This document shows, piece by piece, positions 47,767-56,319 of a stretch of DNA of 64,000 nucleotides. Location: NCBI GenBank assembly GCA_049975425.1, contig JBNGDI010000006.1, positions 47,263 to 111,262 of the forward strand, given 5' to 3'. A model generated the notes under the pieces. It was not told the DNA's origin. It did not search any database and was given only the letters and a program-made list of their open reading frames with translations. The position numbers and the translations under genes are program-made. The stretch is from Bacteroidales bacterium (lineage in GTDB: Bacteria > Bacteroidota > Bacteroidia > Bacteroidales > VadinHA17). The first letter of the stretch is position 1. Each line of letters starts with the position of its first letter.

Positions 47767-49257
47767 ATGAGACTGAAAATGAAATTTTTACCTGTCCTGG
47801 TTGTCGTGTCCGTGGCTTTTACTTCCTGCGGGATTTTCGGAGGTGGCGACAGGGACACTTCACCTACCACAGGATGGAACTACAATGATCCTGAAAACGG
47901 CGGATTTGAAGTGGTGACCGGATATGAACAGGCCACCGGACCCGGCCTGGTATTCATTGAAGGAGGAACTTTTACGATGGGACGGGTGGAACAGGATCTG
48001 ACATACGACTGGAACAATGTTCCGAGACGGGTAACCGTATCGTCCTATTACATGGATGAAACCGAGATCAGGAATGTGGATTACCGGGAGTATCTTTACT
48101 GGATAAGCCGGGTATATGTGGATTATCCGCAGGTTTACCGGAATGCTTTGCCTGATACACTGGTGTGGAGAAGTCCTATGGCCTATAACGAACCTTATGT
48201 CCAGTATTATTTCCGGCATCCCTCCTACAATGATTATCCCGTTGTGGGGGTAACCTGGGTGCAGGCCAATGACTACTGCCAGTGGAGAACCGACAGGGTT
48301 AATGAAATGCTTCTGATAGAACAGGGAATACTGAATCCCAATCCGAATCAGATCAATGAAGATAATTTCAATACGGAAGCATATCTGGCCGGTCAGTATG
48401 AAGGTCTTGTCAACCAGAACCTTCCAAGCCTGGATCCCAACCAGGAAGAACGCCGGGTGAGGCTGGAAGACGGAATTCTGCTACCGAGATACAGACTTCC
48501 CACGGAAGCTGAATGGGAATATGCGGCATTTGCACTGATTGGCAATACCTATGAAGAAAGATTGTATGAACGCAGGATTTATCCCTGGGACGGACACAAT
48601 GTCAGAAATCCGAGAAAGAAAGTGCGAGGTCAGTTTATGGCCAATTTTGTAAGAGGCAAGGGCGACTTTATGGGACTGGCCGGAAACCTGAACGACAACG
48701 CTTCCATAACCGCACCCGTTACCAGCTACTGGCCCAATGATTACGGTCTTTATTGTATGGCAGGAAACGTCAATGAATGGGTGGAAGATGTTTACCGGCC
48801 TGCCTCATTTCAGGATTTTGACGCTCTGAATCCGTTCAGGGGTAATGTGTTCCAGACACTGGTTCGTGACGAGGAAGGGAATTTGGCAGAGAAAGACAGC
48901 CTGGGTCGTTTGCGTTACCGTGAAGTTACACCCGAAGAAGTGGCTGACAGGTATAATTACCAGAAAGCCGATTACCGGAATTACAATGACGGAGACCTCC
49001 AATCACGGCTGGTGGAAGGGAATGAATGGATCGGGGTAGAAGCTGCACCCAGAACCGATGAGATGTATGTTCAGGAAGAAGACGATTTTAACTCGCTGAT
49101 CAGCGACAGGGCACGTGTATACAAAGGAGGATCGTGGAGAGACCGTGCTTACTGGCTGAGTCCTGGAACACGCCGTTTTCTTGATCAGGAAAGTGCAAGG
49201 GCCGATATTGGTTTCCGATGTGCCATGACACGTGTGGGCAGCCCCGGTGGTTTCTGA
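47767..49257 (+). CDS. gldJ: gliding motility lipoprotein GldJ (FGE-sulfatase/SUMF1 fold)
   Basis: Lipobox VAFTSCG, then TGWNYNDPENGGFE and FGE-sulfatase-like blocks (YPVVGVTWVQANDYC, RLPTEAEWEYAA, GNVNEWVEDVY, KGGSW, IGFRCA). The neighbourhood porV-porU...gldJ-murF matches the arrangement known in Flavobacterium johnsoniae. Confidence 0.75.
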   Translation: MRLKMKFLPVLVVVSVAFTSCGIFGGGDRDTSPTTGWNYNDPENGGFEVVTGYEQATGPGLVFIEGGTFTMGRVEQDLTYDWNNVPRRVTVSSYYMDETEIRNVDYREYLYWISRVYVDYPQVYRNALPDTLVWRSPMAYNEPYVQYYFRHPSYNDYPVVGVTWVQANDYCQWRTDRVNEMLLIEQGILNPNPNQINEDNFNTEAYLAGQYEGLVNQNLPSLDPNQEERRVRLEDGILLPRYRLPTEAEWEYAAFALIGNTYEERLYERRIYPWDGHNVRNPRKKVRGQFMANFVRGKGDFMGLAGNLNDNASITAPVTSYWPNDYGLYCMAGNVNEWVEDVYRPASFQDFDALNPFRGNVFQTLVRDEEGNLAEKDSLGRLRYREVTPEEVADRYNYQKADYRNYNDGDLQSRLVEGNEWIGVEAAPRTDEMYVQEEDDFNSLISDRARVYKGGSWRDRAYWLSPGTRRFLDQESARADIGFRCAMTRVGSPGGF

Positions 49258-49280
49258 AAACATGCCTTTTGAAAATACAT

Positions 49281-49313
49281 AAAAAAACCTCATTCTGCGG
49301 ATGGGGTTTTTTT
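49281..49313 (+). terminator. bidirectional-looking rho-independent terminator after gldJ
   Basis: AAAAAAACCTCAT-tctgcgg-ATGGGGTTTTTTT: 13-nt arms with one mismatch, an A-run on the left and a T-run on the right. Confidence 0.6.
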
Positions 49314-49326
49314 GTTTCTTTGCATT

Positions 49327-50658
49327 ATGAACCGCCCTGTCAGCATTTCTGAAATATTCGAAATATTTCTCAGCCATCGTGACATTACCACCGATTCGCG
49401 TAACGTCAGGAAAGGATCCATATATTTTGCCCTGAAAGGGGAACGTTTAGACGGAAACCGTTTTGCAGAGGAAGCACTGGAGAAAGGGGCTTCTTATGCT
49501 GTGGTCGATGATCCTGCCCTGAGCTACCGTAGGGGATGTCTTCTTGTATCCAATGCATTGCTGGCTCTTCATGAACTGGCCCGGATGTACAGGAAGCGGT
49601 TCAATATTCCGGTAATAGGGCTGACCGGATCGAACGGAAAGACCACAACCAAGGAACTGATCCGGGCCGTGCTGGGCATCAAATATCGTGTGACCGCCAC
49701 GCAGGGAAATCTCAATAACCACATCGGAGTGCCTTTGACTGTTTTGCGGTGGGGAGAAGATACAGAAATGGCGGTGGTGGAAATGGGAGCCAATCATCCC
49801 GGCGAAATCAGGCAGTTATGTGGGCTGACAGAACCTACCCATGGCATAATAACCAATATCGGCAAGGCACATCTGGAAGGTTTCGGCGGTATGGAAAATG
49901 TACGCAGGGCGAAAAAGGAGATGTACGACTGGCTGGAGGATCATGGAGGAATGGTTTTCAGAAACTCGCTGGAAACTTCTCTGGTAACCCTTCCCTTTCC
50001 CTCCGGCAGATTGATTACATATGGAGGGGCTGCCGACCAGGTGACGGGAGAGCTGGTTTCTGCCGATCCGTTTCTTGCAATCAGGATCCATATCCGGGAT
50101 AAAGAAGGAAAGGTCAAAACGCTGAGCCTCCATACCCGTCTGGCGGGATCGTATAATTTTCATAATGTGCTTACGGCGGTTCAGGTAGGATTGTTTTTCG
50201 GGGTGGCCCCGGAAGAGATTGGCCGGGCATTAGAATCGGTTGAGCCGGCGAATCACCGTTCACAGATTATTCAACTGGGAAAGTACCGGCTTTTTTTCGA
50301 TGCCTACAACGCCAATCCAACCAGTATGATGCTGGCACTGAAGGATTTTTCCGGCATCAGAGCTGAGGCAAAGACCGTGATCCTGGGCGATATGCTGGAA
50401 CTTGGAGAAACGGAGGATGATGAGCATATGAAAATCATAGAATTCCTTCAGGCACAGCAGATTCGCAGGGTGTTGCTGGCAGGTCCCGTATTCAGCCGTG
50501 TAAATCCTGTGGCGGAATACAGCACTTTCCCCGATACGGAAAGTATGATCGCCTGGCTGCGGAATAACCCCCTGCCTCCTACTTTTATTTTTGTCAAGGG
50601 GTCAAGGGGAATGCATCTGGAAAAAGTAAAAGCATATTTTGAAAGCATAACGCGATAA
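49327..50658 (+). CDS. murF: UDP-N-acetylmuramoyl-tripeptide--D-alanyl-D-alanine ligase
   Basis: P-loop GLTGSNGKTTTKE, plus EMGANHPGEI, NIGKAHLEGFG and DAYNANPTSM. Start set at MNRPVSISEIF (ATG 49327), downstream of the terminator hairpin. Confidence 0.92.
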   Translation: MNRPVSISEIFEIFLSHRDITTDSRNVRKGSIYFALKGERLDGNRFAEEALEKGASYAVVDDPALSYRRGCLLVSNALLALHELARMYRKRFNIPVIGLTGSNGKTTTKELIRAVLGIKYRVTATQGNLNNHIGVPLTVLRWGEDTEMAVVEMGANHPGEIRQLCGLTEPTHGIITNIGKAHLEGFGGMENVRRAKKEMYDWLEDHGGMVFRNSLETSLVTLPFPSGRLITYGGAADQVTGELVSADPFLAIRIHIRDKEGKVKTLSLHTRLAGSYNFHNVLTAVQVGLFFGVAPEEIGRALESVEPANHRSQIIQLGKYRLFFDAYNANPTSMMLALKDFSGIRAEAKTVILGDMLELGETEDDEHMKIIEFLQAQQIRRVLLAGPVFSRVNPVAEYSTFPDTESMIAWLRNNPLPPTFIFVKGSRGMHLEKVKAYFESITR

Positions 50659-50686
50659 CGATCCTGTACCTGTTATTTCCCGGTTC

Positions 50687-52009
50687 ATGGAGAGAGAGAC
50701 CAAACGTAAGCTCGTTCATATTGGTATGGTGGGATGGGCCTTTCTGATAGGAAGGATTCCTCCCGTTTTCATTTCAGGCCTGGCCCTTGCGGCATTGTTT
50801 TTCAATCTTTTTATACTGCCCCGCATTACAGGAAGGGCTCTCGAACGGAAAGAGGAGCGGGCCCTTGGCTTCTCCCCCGGAATGATCGCTTACCCTGCCG
50901 TTGTTTTCTTACTCAGCCTGATCTTTTTTCACAGTCAGGTTTTTCTGGCTGTTGCATGGGGAGCCATGGCTTTTGGTGATGGTTTTGCCACAGTGGTGGG
51001 GAAAAAATACGGACGGCATCAGGTGGTCAGTTTGTCTGGTAAAACATGGGAGGGAACCCTGGCTTTTGTTGTGGCCGGAATCGCCGGGACGGTTGTTCTG
51101 GTCTTTTCCCTGCCGTCAGAAGTGCAGCTGGGTTTGCCGGCAGGGGTTTGGATGGTAGTGATTGTACTGGCCATCCTTCTTTCTGCTGTATCGGAAATCC
51201 TGCGCGGTACCGTGAACGACAATATTATGGTTCCTCTAACGGCTGCATTTACGGCTTTTTTTGCAGTAAAAATATTTTTGTCGGGACAGTTTATTGTTCC
51301 CGGAAACTGGTGGGTGGGACTGGTATTTGTTGTTCTTCTTGTTGCCCTCAGTTACCTGTCGGGCCGGTTTGACCTGAAGGGTGCGATAACAGGAGGCGGA
51401 ATTACCGCCCTGGTTTTTCTGGGTGGGGGTATGGCCGGATTGTTGTTCCTGTTTATTTTCGTTGTGGGAGGGGTTGCCGGATCGGGCTGGAGAATCAGGG
51501 ACAAGATAAATCTGGGGTTGGCTCAGGAAAACAGGAACAGGCGCAGTGCCATTCATGTGGTGGCCAACGGGGGTGTACCGGCCGTGCTGGGCATCCTGGC
51601 ATGGGTTTTTCCACTACAGCGTGATCTTTACATGGGTATGACAGCTGCTGCCCTGGCCTCGGCACTGGCCGATACCTGGTCGTCGGAACTGGGAAATATT
51701 TATGGGAAAGGATTTGTCAATATAGTAAGCCTGCAGCCGGATATCCGGGGGCGTGACGGGGTAATCAGCCTGCAGGGAAGCCTGGCCGGTGTGGCGGGAT
51801 CATGCGTTTTGGCCACTGCCTACTGGCTGTATGCCGGATCGGTGTATGAATCATTTATTATCCTGTTGGCCGGAGTAATGGGGAATTTTCTTGATTCTGT
51901 GCTGGGGGCAACCCTGCAGCGGAGAGGATACATGACGAATCATTCTGTTAATCTGGTAAATACCCTGTTTGCCGCCCTGCTTTTCATGTACCTTTATACA
52001 ATAAAGTAA
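50687..52009 (+). CDS. fusion membrane protein: polyprenol (phytol/dolichol) kinase-like CTP_transf_1 domain plus DUF92/TMEM19 (COG1836) domain
   Basis: N-terminal half: KLVHIG...FGDGFATVVGKKYGRH...GKTWEGTLAF, the cytidylyltransferase/polyprenol kinase signature. C-terminal half is a Gly-rich polytopic region (VANGGVPAV, ADTWSSELG, ISLQGSLAG, DSVLGATLQ) typical of DUF92. Confidence 0.6.
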   Translation: MERETKRKLVHIGMVGWAFLIGRIPPVFISGLALAALFFNLFILPRITGRALERKEERALGFSPGMIAYPAVVFLLSLIFFHSQVFLAVAWGAMAFGDGFATVVGKKYGRHQVVSLSGKTWEGTLAFVVAGIAGTVVLVFSLPSEVQLGLPAGVWMVVIVLAILLSAVSEILRGTVNDNIMVPLTAAFTAFFAVKIFLSGQFIVPGNWWVGLVFVVLLVALSYLSGRFDLKGAITGGGITALVFLGGGMAGLLFLFIFVVGGVAGSGWRIRDKINLGLAQENRNRRSAIHVVANGGVPAVLGILAWVFPLQRDLYMGMTAAALASALADTWSSELGNIYGKGFVNIVSLQPDIRGRDGVISLQGSLAGVAGSCVLATAYWLYAGSVYESFIILLAGVMGNFLDSVLGATLQRRGYMTNHSVNLVNTLFAALLFMYLYTIK

Positions 52010-52422
52010 GCCTGGTATTTTTCATTCAGTTCTTCGGGAATTCTAGCGGGCCGCTGATTGTTCATATTATAGAAAATTCCCTCCTGACGGGCACTGGCAG
52101 CCACTTCTTCTCCGATCATGATCTCTGCCTCGATGGTGAATTTGATATTCCCCAAATCGGTCATCCAGATTCTTCCCACGGGTTCATCAAATAATACAAG
52201 GGCTTTGCGGTAGTCGATTTCAGTGCGGGTAATAACGGGTGTAATGCCCTGATCGAACAGGGGACGCAAAGGAAAATGTTCGTTCAGCATCTGTAAACGA
52301 AGGTCTTCCAGCCAGCGGATATAGACAATGTTACTGACATGACGTGCCGAATCGATATCATACGTTCTGATCGGACAGGGTAACTGGGTCAGAAATGGCT
52401 TGATGGGAATTTCCATGGTCAA
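51994..52422 (-). CDS. acyl-CoA thioesterase (hotdog fold, 4HBT/YbgC-like)
   Basis: 142 aa with a YDIDSARHVSNIVYIRWLEDLR catalytic-Asp context. Confidence 0.7.
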   Translation of the reverse strand: MTMEIPIKPFLTQLPCPIRTYDIDSARHVSNIVYIRWLEDLRLQMLNEHFPLRPLFDQGITPVITRTEIDYRKALVLFDEPVGRIWMTDLGNIKFTIEAEIMIGEEVAASARQEGIFYNMNNQRPARIPEELNEKYQAYFIV

Positions 52423-52480
52423 CCGGTTTAAAATACCAAAGGTAAATCAGAACGGGAAAAAACCAAAGGGCAGTGTGTAA

Positions 52481-53530
52481 TTAGCTGGTTTCCCCCGGGA
52501 ATTTCAATTCAGAAAATGTTTTCTTTTTTCTCAGGAAAAATTGTATCAGGATGCTACCCCGGTATATTTCAGCATGATCGTTGAGCCGATACCGGGCCAG
52601 CCACCGCTTTCTTTCGTTCCTGCAGTGTTTCAGTCGCCGCATGAACCCGCCGTACGCCCGGAACACGGCCAGGGCGTTTGCCGGCTGCCGCGTGAAAAGA
52701 TATTTCAGGGCTGCCAGGGTATCCAGGCAGGTGCGAATGAATATGGTTAAGCCTCTTTTCCCCCGGGGCAGGTTTTTGCACAGGGTGAGCAGGTTATTCC
52801 TGAAGTTCAGGTATAACTTGTGCGGATGCTCGTTGGGAAGGGACCCTCCCCCTACATGGTATACGGTGGATAAGGGCTGGTAAATAATGCGGTATCCCAT
52901 GTTTTTTATTCTCCAGCACAGGTCGATTTCCTCCATGTGAGCGAAAAACCGTTCGTCCAGTCCGCCGGCTTCCAGGTAAATGCTCCTTCTGACTGCCATG
53001 CAGGCACCGGTTGCCCAGAAAATGTCCCGTTCTTCATCATACTGTCCGGCATCGGACTCGATATGGTTTAAAATACGCCCGCGGCAGAAAGGATATCCCC
53101 ACCGGTCGATAAAACCGCCTGCCGCTCCGGCATATTCAAAATGATCGCGCCGGTGCCAGGAACGGATACGCGGCATGCAGGCTGCCACGTCAGGATCATG
53201 CTCCAGCAGCCCGATCAGGGGGTCGAGCCATCCCGGAGTGACTTCCACATCGGAATTCAGAAGAACAATGTATTCGGCCTCGGTGGCTTCAATGGCCCGG
53301 TTATATCCGGCGGCAAAACCGTAGTTTCTGGGGAAGGGGATGAGCCGGATACCGGGGAATGCCTTTTTCAGGAATTGAACAGATCCGTCGGATGAACCGT
53401 TGTCTGCCACTACCAGCTCTGTACCGGGCCTTGTAGTATATTTTATCAGCAGGGGAAGGAACTGATCGAGGTATTTTTTTCCGTTCCAGTTCAGGATGAT
53501 GACGGCAGTATGGGGGTGGATATCTGTCAT
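52481..53530 (-). CDS. glycosyltransferase family 2 protein
   Basis: AVIILNWNG...VVADNGSSDGS...VLLNSDVEV...EEIDLCWR, a classic GT2 (COG1216-like). 4-nt overlap with the upstream acyltransferase gene. Confidence 0.85.
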   Translation of the reverse strand: MTDIHPHTAVIILNWNGKKYLDQFLPLLIKYTTRPGTELVVADNGSSDGSVQFLKKAFPGIRLIPFPRNYGFAAGYNRAIEATEAEYIVLLNSDVEVTPGWLDPLIGLLEHDPDVAACMPRIRSWHRRDHFEYAGAAGGFIDRWGYPFCRGRILNHIESDAGQYDEERDIFWATGACMAVRRSIYLEAGGLDERFFAHMEEIDLCWRIKNMGYRIIYQPLSTVYHVGGGSLPNEHPHKLYLNFRNNLLTLCKNLPRGKRGLTIFIRTCLDTLAALKYLFTRQPANALAVFRAYGGFMRRLKHCRNERKRWLARYRLNDHAEIYRGSILIQFFLRKKKTFSELKFPGETS

Positions 53531-54477
53531 AGATTGTATTCGATTCCGCTTACTTTATTTTTTTCCGCCCATTCACGGTATCTTTCAAGCCGGTGCCTCC
53601 AGCGACGATGGGTCCACAACCAGTATTCAGGATTTTCTCTGATTGTTTTTTCAAGTATCCGGGTATGCTGTTCCGTAATCCAGAAATTGGGTGTCTTTCC
53701 CGGATCTTCCGTAATGGGAATGAATTCAACCTCGTAATGCCCCCGTTTTCTTTTCATGATATGAAAAAATACTACAGCCTGTCCGGTTTTTTTTGCGATT
53801 CGTTCGGCTCCCGTTAATACGGGAGTGGGTTGGCCCAGAAAACGGGTCCAGTATCGGATGTTTCTCCTGATCGGGCGCTGATCGGTGAGGAAAAGGGTGA
53901 TGGTGGGGACACCTCTGTTTTTGTATTCAATCATCTTCTTCAGGGTCAGGGACATGGGAACGGTTTTAATTCCGAATTTTTCCCTCAGCCTGATATAGAG
54001 CCTGTCAAAGTATTTGTTGTTCAATGGTTTATATATAGCACAACACAGGTATTCAAACCGCAGAGGCAGGGATGCCAGCCATTCCCAGTTTCCGAAGTGC
54101 CCGAATACGGCAACAATGCTTTTGTTCTGCCTGTATAAACGGTCAATGACTTCCGGATTTTTATAGCGGAAACGCCGGATCATTTCATCTTCTTCCATGT
54201 GCATCAGGTTCATGGTTTCTACAAATTGATCACAGAAATGCCGGTAAAAACGGCGGGCAATCCGGCGGATTTCTGCCGGTGATTTATCCGGGAAAGCCAT
54301 ACGCAGGTTCCCCAGAGCGATCTTTCTCCGGTAGCCTGCCATGTAATAGATCAGTATAAAACACAGATCGCTGATGATATATTGAACCCTCAGCGGAAGC
54401 CAGGTAAACAGCCACACTGCAGGATAAATTATGTAGTACCATAATGCCGGCATATGCTGGGCCTTTGGGAAAGGCAA
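53527..54477 (-). CDS. LpxL/HtrB/PatA-family lipid acyltransferase, paralog B (316 aa)
   Basis: N-terminal TM segment, then NLRMAFPDKSPAEIRRIARRFYRHFCD, the HFGNWEW catalytic His motif, LTDQRP and ENPEYWLWTHRRW. Confidence 0.8.
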   Translation of the reverse strand: MPFPKAQHMPALWYYIIYPAVWLFTWLPLRVQYIISDLCFILIYYMAGYRRKIALGNLRMAFPDKSPAEIRRIARRFYRHFCDQFVETMNLMHMEEDEMIRRFRYKNPEVIDRLYRQNKSIVAVFGHFGNWEWLASLPLRFEYLCCAIYKPLNNKYFDRLYIRLREKFGIKTVPMSLTLKKMIEYKNRGVPTITLFLTDQRPIRRNIRYWTRFLGQPTPVLTGAERIAKKTGQAVVFFHIMKRKRGHYEVEFIPITEDPGKTPNFWITEQHTRILEKTIRENPEYWLWTHRRWRHRLERYREWAEKNKVSGIEYNL

Positions 54478-54485
54478 ATTTAGTA

Positions 54486-55433
54486 TTAATCCTTAAAAAC
54501 CGGTGTTCTGATGCCTTCCTGTTCAAGGTACAGGCTTTTTTTTCTTGGTATATCGGCCCGGCTGTGCTTCCAGCGCCGGTGCGACCACATCCAGTACTGT
54601 GGATTTTCCAGTATGAGGGATTCGAGCATGCGGACATGTGTTTCTGTAATGTGAAGGGGAGGGGTTTGCTCGGCGGGCCCGGTTATTTTGCTGAATCCCA
54701 CTTCATAATGTCCCCTTTTTATTTTCCGGATGGCCATGAATACCACCGGCAGACCGAAACGCCTGGACAACTTTTCGATCCCCAGATATACGGCAGTATC
54801 CTGGTTCAGGAATTGTGTCCAGTACTCGGTTTCATGTTGAAGCGGGCACTGGTCGGCCAGGAAACAGAAAATTCCCGGTTTGCCCTTTTCCAGGTATTCT
54901 TTTACCACACGAAAAGTTTTTTTCATGGGTACTGGCTGTGCCCCCAGCCTGCTGCGCGACCTGTACAGCAAACGGTCGAATACGGGGTCGGCAAAATATT
55001 TGTAAACAGGATGAATGGGAACAGATCCCAGGTGGTTGTATGCGTTCATCCATTCCCAGTTACCCACATGTCCGCTGGCTACCAGTACCGGTTGGCCGTT
55101 TTCAACCAGTTCATGCAGCAACTCTTCGTTCCTGAACGACATGCGACGCATGATCTTCCGGCTGTCCCAGTGCAGGGCTTTGACGGTTTCTATCATCAGG
55201 TCGGTAAAATGGCGGTAGAATTTTTTTCTCATCTGTCTTCGTTCCGACAGGGATTTATCGGGAAATGCATTGCGCAGGTTCCTGTCCACCGTTTTTCTTC
55301 TGTACCTGATCACGTGTTCCATGAGAGGGGACAGAAGGGAGGAGATCAGGTACAGAACGGGCATTGGCAAATACGATATTCCCCTGAGGAGGAGAATGAT
55401 ACCATACGATCCGGTATGCTCGGGGCGGGGCAT
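54486..55433 (-). CDS. LpxL/HtrB/PatA-family lipid acyltransferase, paralog A (316 aa)
   Basis: NLRNAFPDKSLSERRQMRKKFYRHFTD, HVGNWEW, LADQCP and ENPQYWMWSHRRW. Start trimmed to the Met at 55433 (cat at 55431-55433), 4 nt after the upstream stop codon. Confidence 0.8.
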   Translation of the reverse strand: MPRPEHTGSYGIILLLRGISYLPMPVLYLISSLLSPLMEHVIRYRRKTVDRNLRNAFPDKSLSERRQMRKKFYRHFTDLMIETVKALHWDSRKIMRRMSFRNEELLHELVENGQPVLVASGHVGNWEWMNAYNHLGSVPIHPVYKYFADPVFDRLLYRSRSRLGAQPVPMKKTFRVVKEYLEKGKPGIFCFLADQCPLQHETEYWTQFLNQDTAVYLGIEKLSRRFGLPVVFMAIRKIKRGHYEVGFSKITGPAEQTPPLHITETHVRMLESLILENPQYWMWSHRRWKHSRADIPRKKSLYLEQEGIRTPVFKD

Positions 55434-55437
55434 TCTA

Positions 55438-56238
55438 TCAGGGCTTCTTTGGGAAAAATCCGGTAACAACACGCAGCAGTTCATCAAACACCTGGGCATT
55501 GGAGGCCAGCATTTCGCTGTTGTGCATATAACCGTCCTCTCCCGCAAAGTCGGAAACCCTGCCTCCGGCATTTTTTACCAGCAAAGAGCCCGCAGCCACA
55601 TCCCATGCTTTCAGATGGTATTCCCAGAATGCATCGTACCTGCCGCATGCCACATAACACAGATCAACCGCTGCCGAACCGGGACGCCTGACTCCCTGGG
55701 TGTTTTTCATGAAATATTCCAGGCTTTTCATGTAATCGGTATACCTGGAAAAATCGGTATAGGGGAATCCCGTTCCCACCAGTGAATCGGCCAGGGTGGG
55801 TGTTTCCGAGACCCTGATCTCCTGCCCGTTGAGGTAGGAAGGAGCGTTATGCCAGGTATAAAAGCATTCCCCTGAAACGATCTCGTAAACCACTCCCAGC
55901 ACCAGGCCATCGATTTTATGTTGCAGTGCAATACTGACCGAGAAGGGAGGCATACCGTGAATAAAATTGGTGGTTCCGTCCAGCGGATCGATGATCCAGG
56001 TATATTCTTTTCCCGTGACCCTTTTTTCCTCTTCAGCCAGAAAGCCGCTCCCTGGAAGGATGGTGCTCAGGCTTTCGGTGATTTTCTTTTCTGATGCCAC
56101 ATCCACGTGTGTTACAAAGTCGTTCGTATCTTTCCGGTTGATACTATCTTTTTCCAGTTGCCCTCGCTGTGAGAGAATATAATTTCCGGTTTCCCGCGCA
56201 AGGTCCGCTACCTGCATGCATAATTTCTGATAATCCAT
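55438..56238 (-). CDS. suhB: inositol monophosphatase family protein (SuhB-like)
   Basis: LAEEE metal site, WIIDPLDGTTNF, and a WDVAAG C-terminal motif. Confidence 0.85.
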   Translation of the reverse strand: MDYQKLCMQVADLARETGNYILSQRGQLEKDSINRKDTNDFVTHVDVASEKKITESLSTILPGSGFLAEEEKRVTGKEYTWIIDPLDGTTNFIHGMPPFSVSIALQHKIDGLVLGVVYEIVSGECFYTWHNAPSYLNGQEIRVSETPTLADSLVGTGFPYTDFSRYTDYMKSLEYFMKNTQGVRRPGSAAVDLCYVACGRYDAFWEYHLKAWDVAAGSLLVKNAGGRVSDFAGEDGYMHNSEMLASNAQVFDELLRVVTGFFPKKP

Positions 56239-56319
56239 ACAAAATCATTTTTACATTTCATAAATTCAGAAAAACCTATCGTATTCATTTGACATTTCCC
56301 ATACTCTGCTGTACGGATA

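Noticed and set aside
47767-49257. Alternative call of this FGE-sulfatase-like lipoprotein as GldK/PorK
   Set aside because: No gldL, gldM or gldN (porLMN) genes follow it. The gene is followed by murF and neighbours porU-porV as gldJ does in F. johnsoniae, and the N-terminus (TGWNYNDPENGGFE) looks GldJ-like. An HMM comparison is still needed for certainty.
54444-55466. 340-aa plus-strand ORF
   Set aside because: Antisense to the LpxL-like acyltransferase paralog A. No motifs, and it overlaps two well-supported genes.
55434-55571. N-terminal extension of acyltransferase paralog A overlapping the suhB-like gene
   Set aside because: It would overlap the IMPase-family CDS by more than 130 nt. 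The Met at 55433 gives a 316-aa protein, the same length as its paralog.
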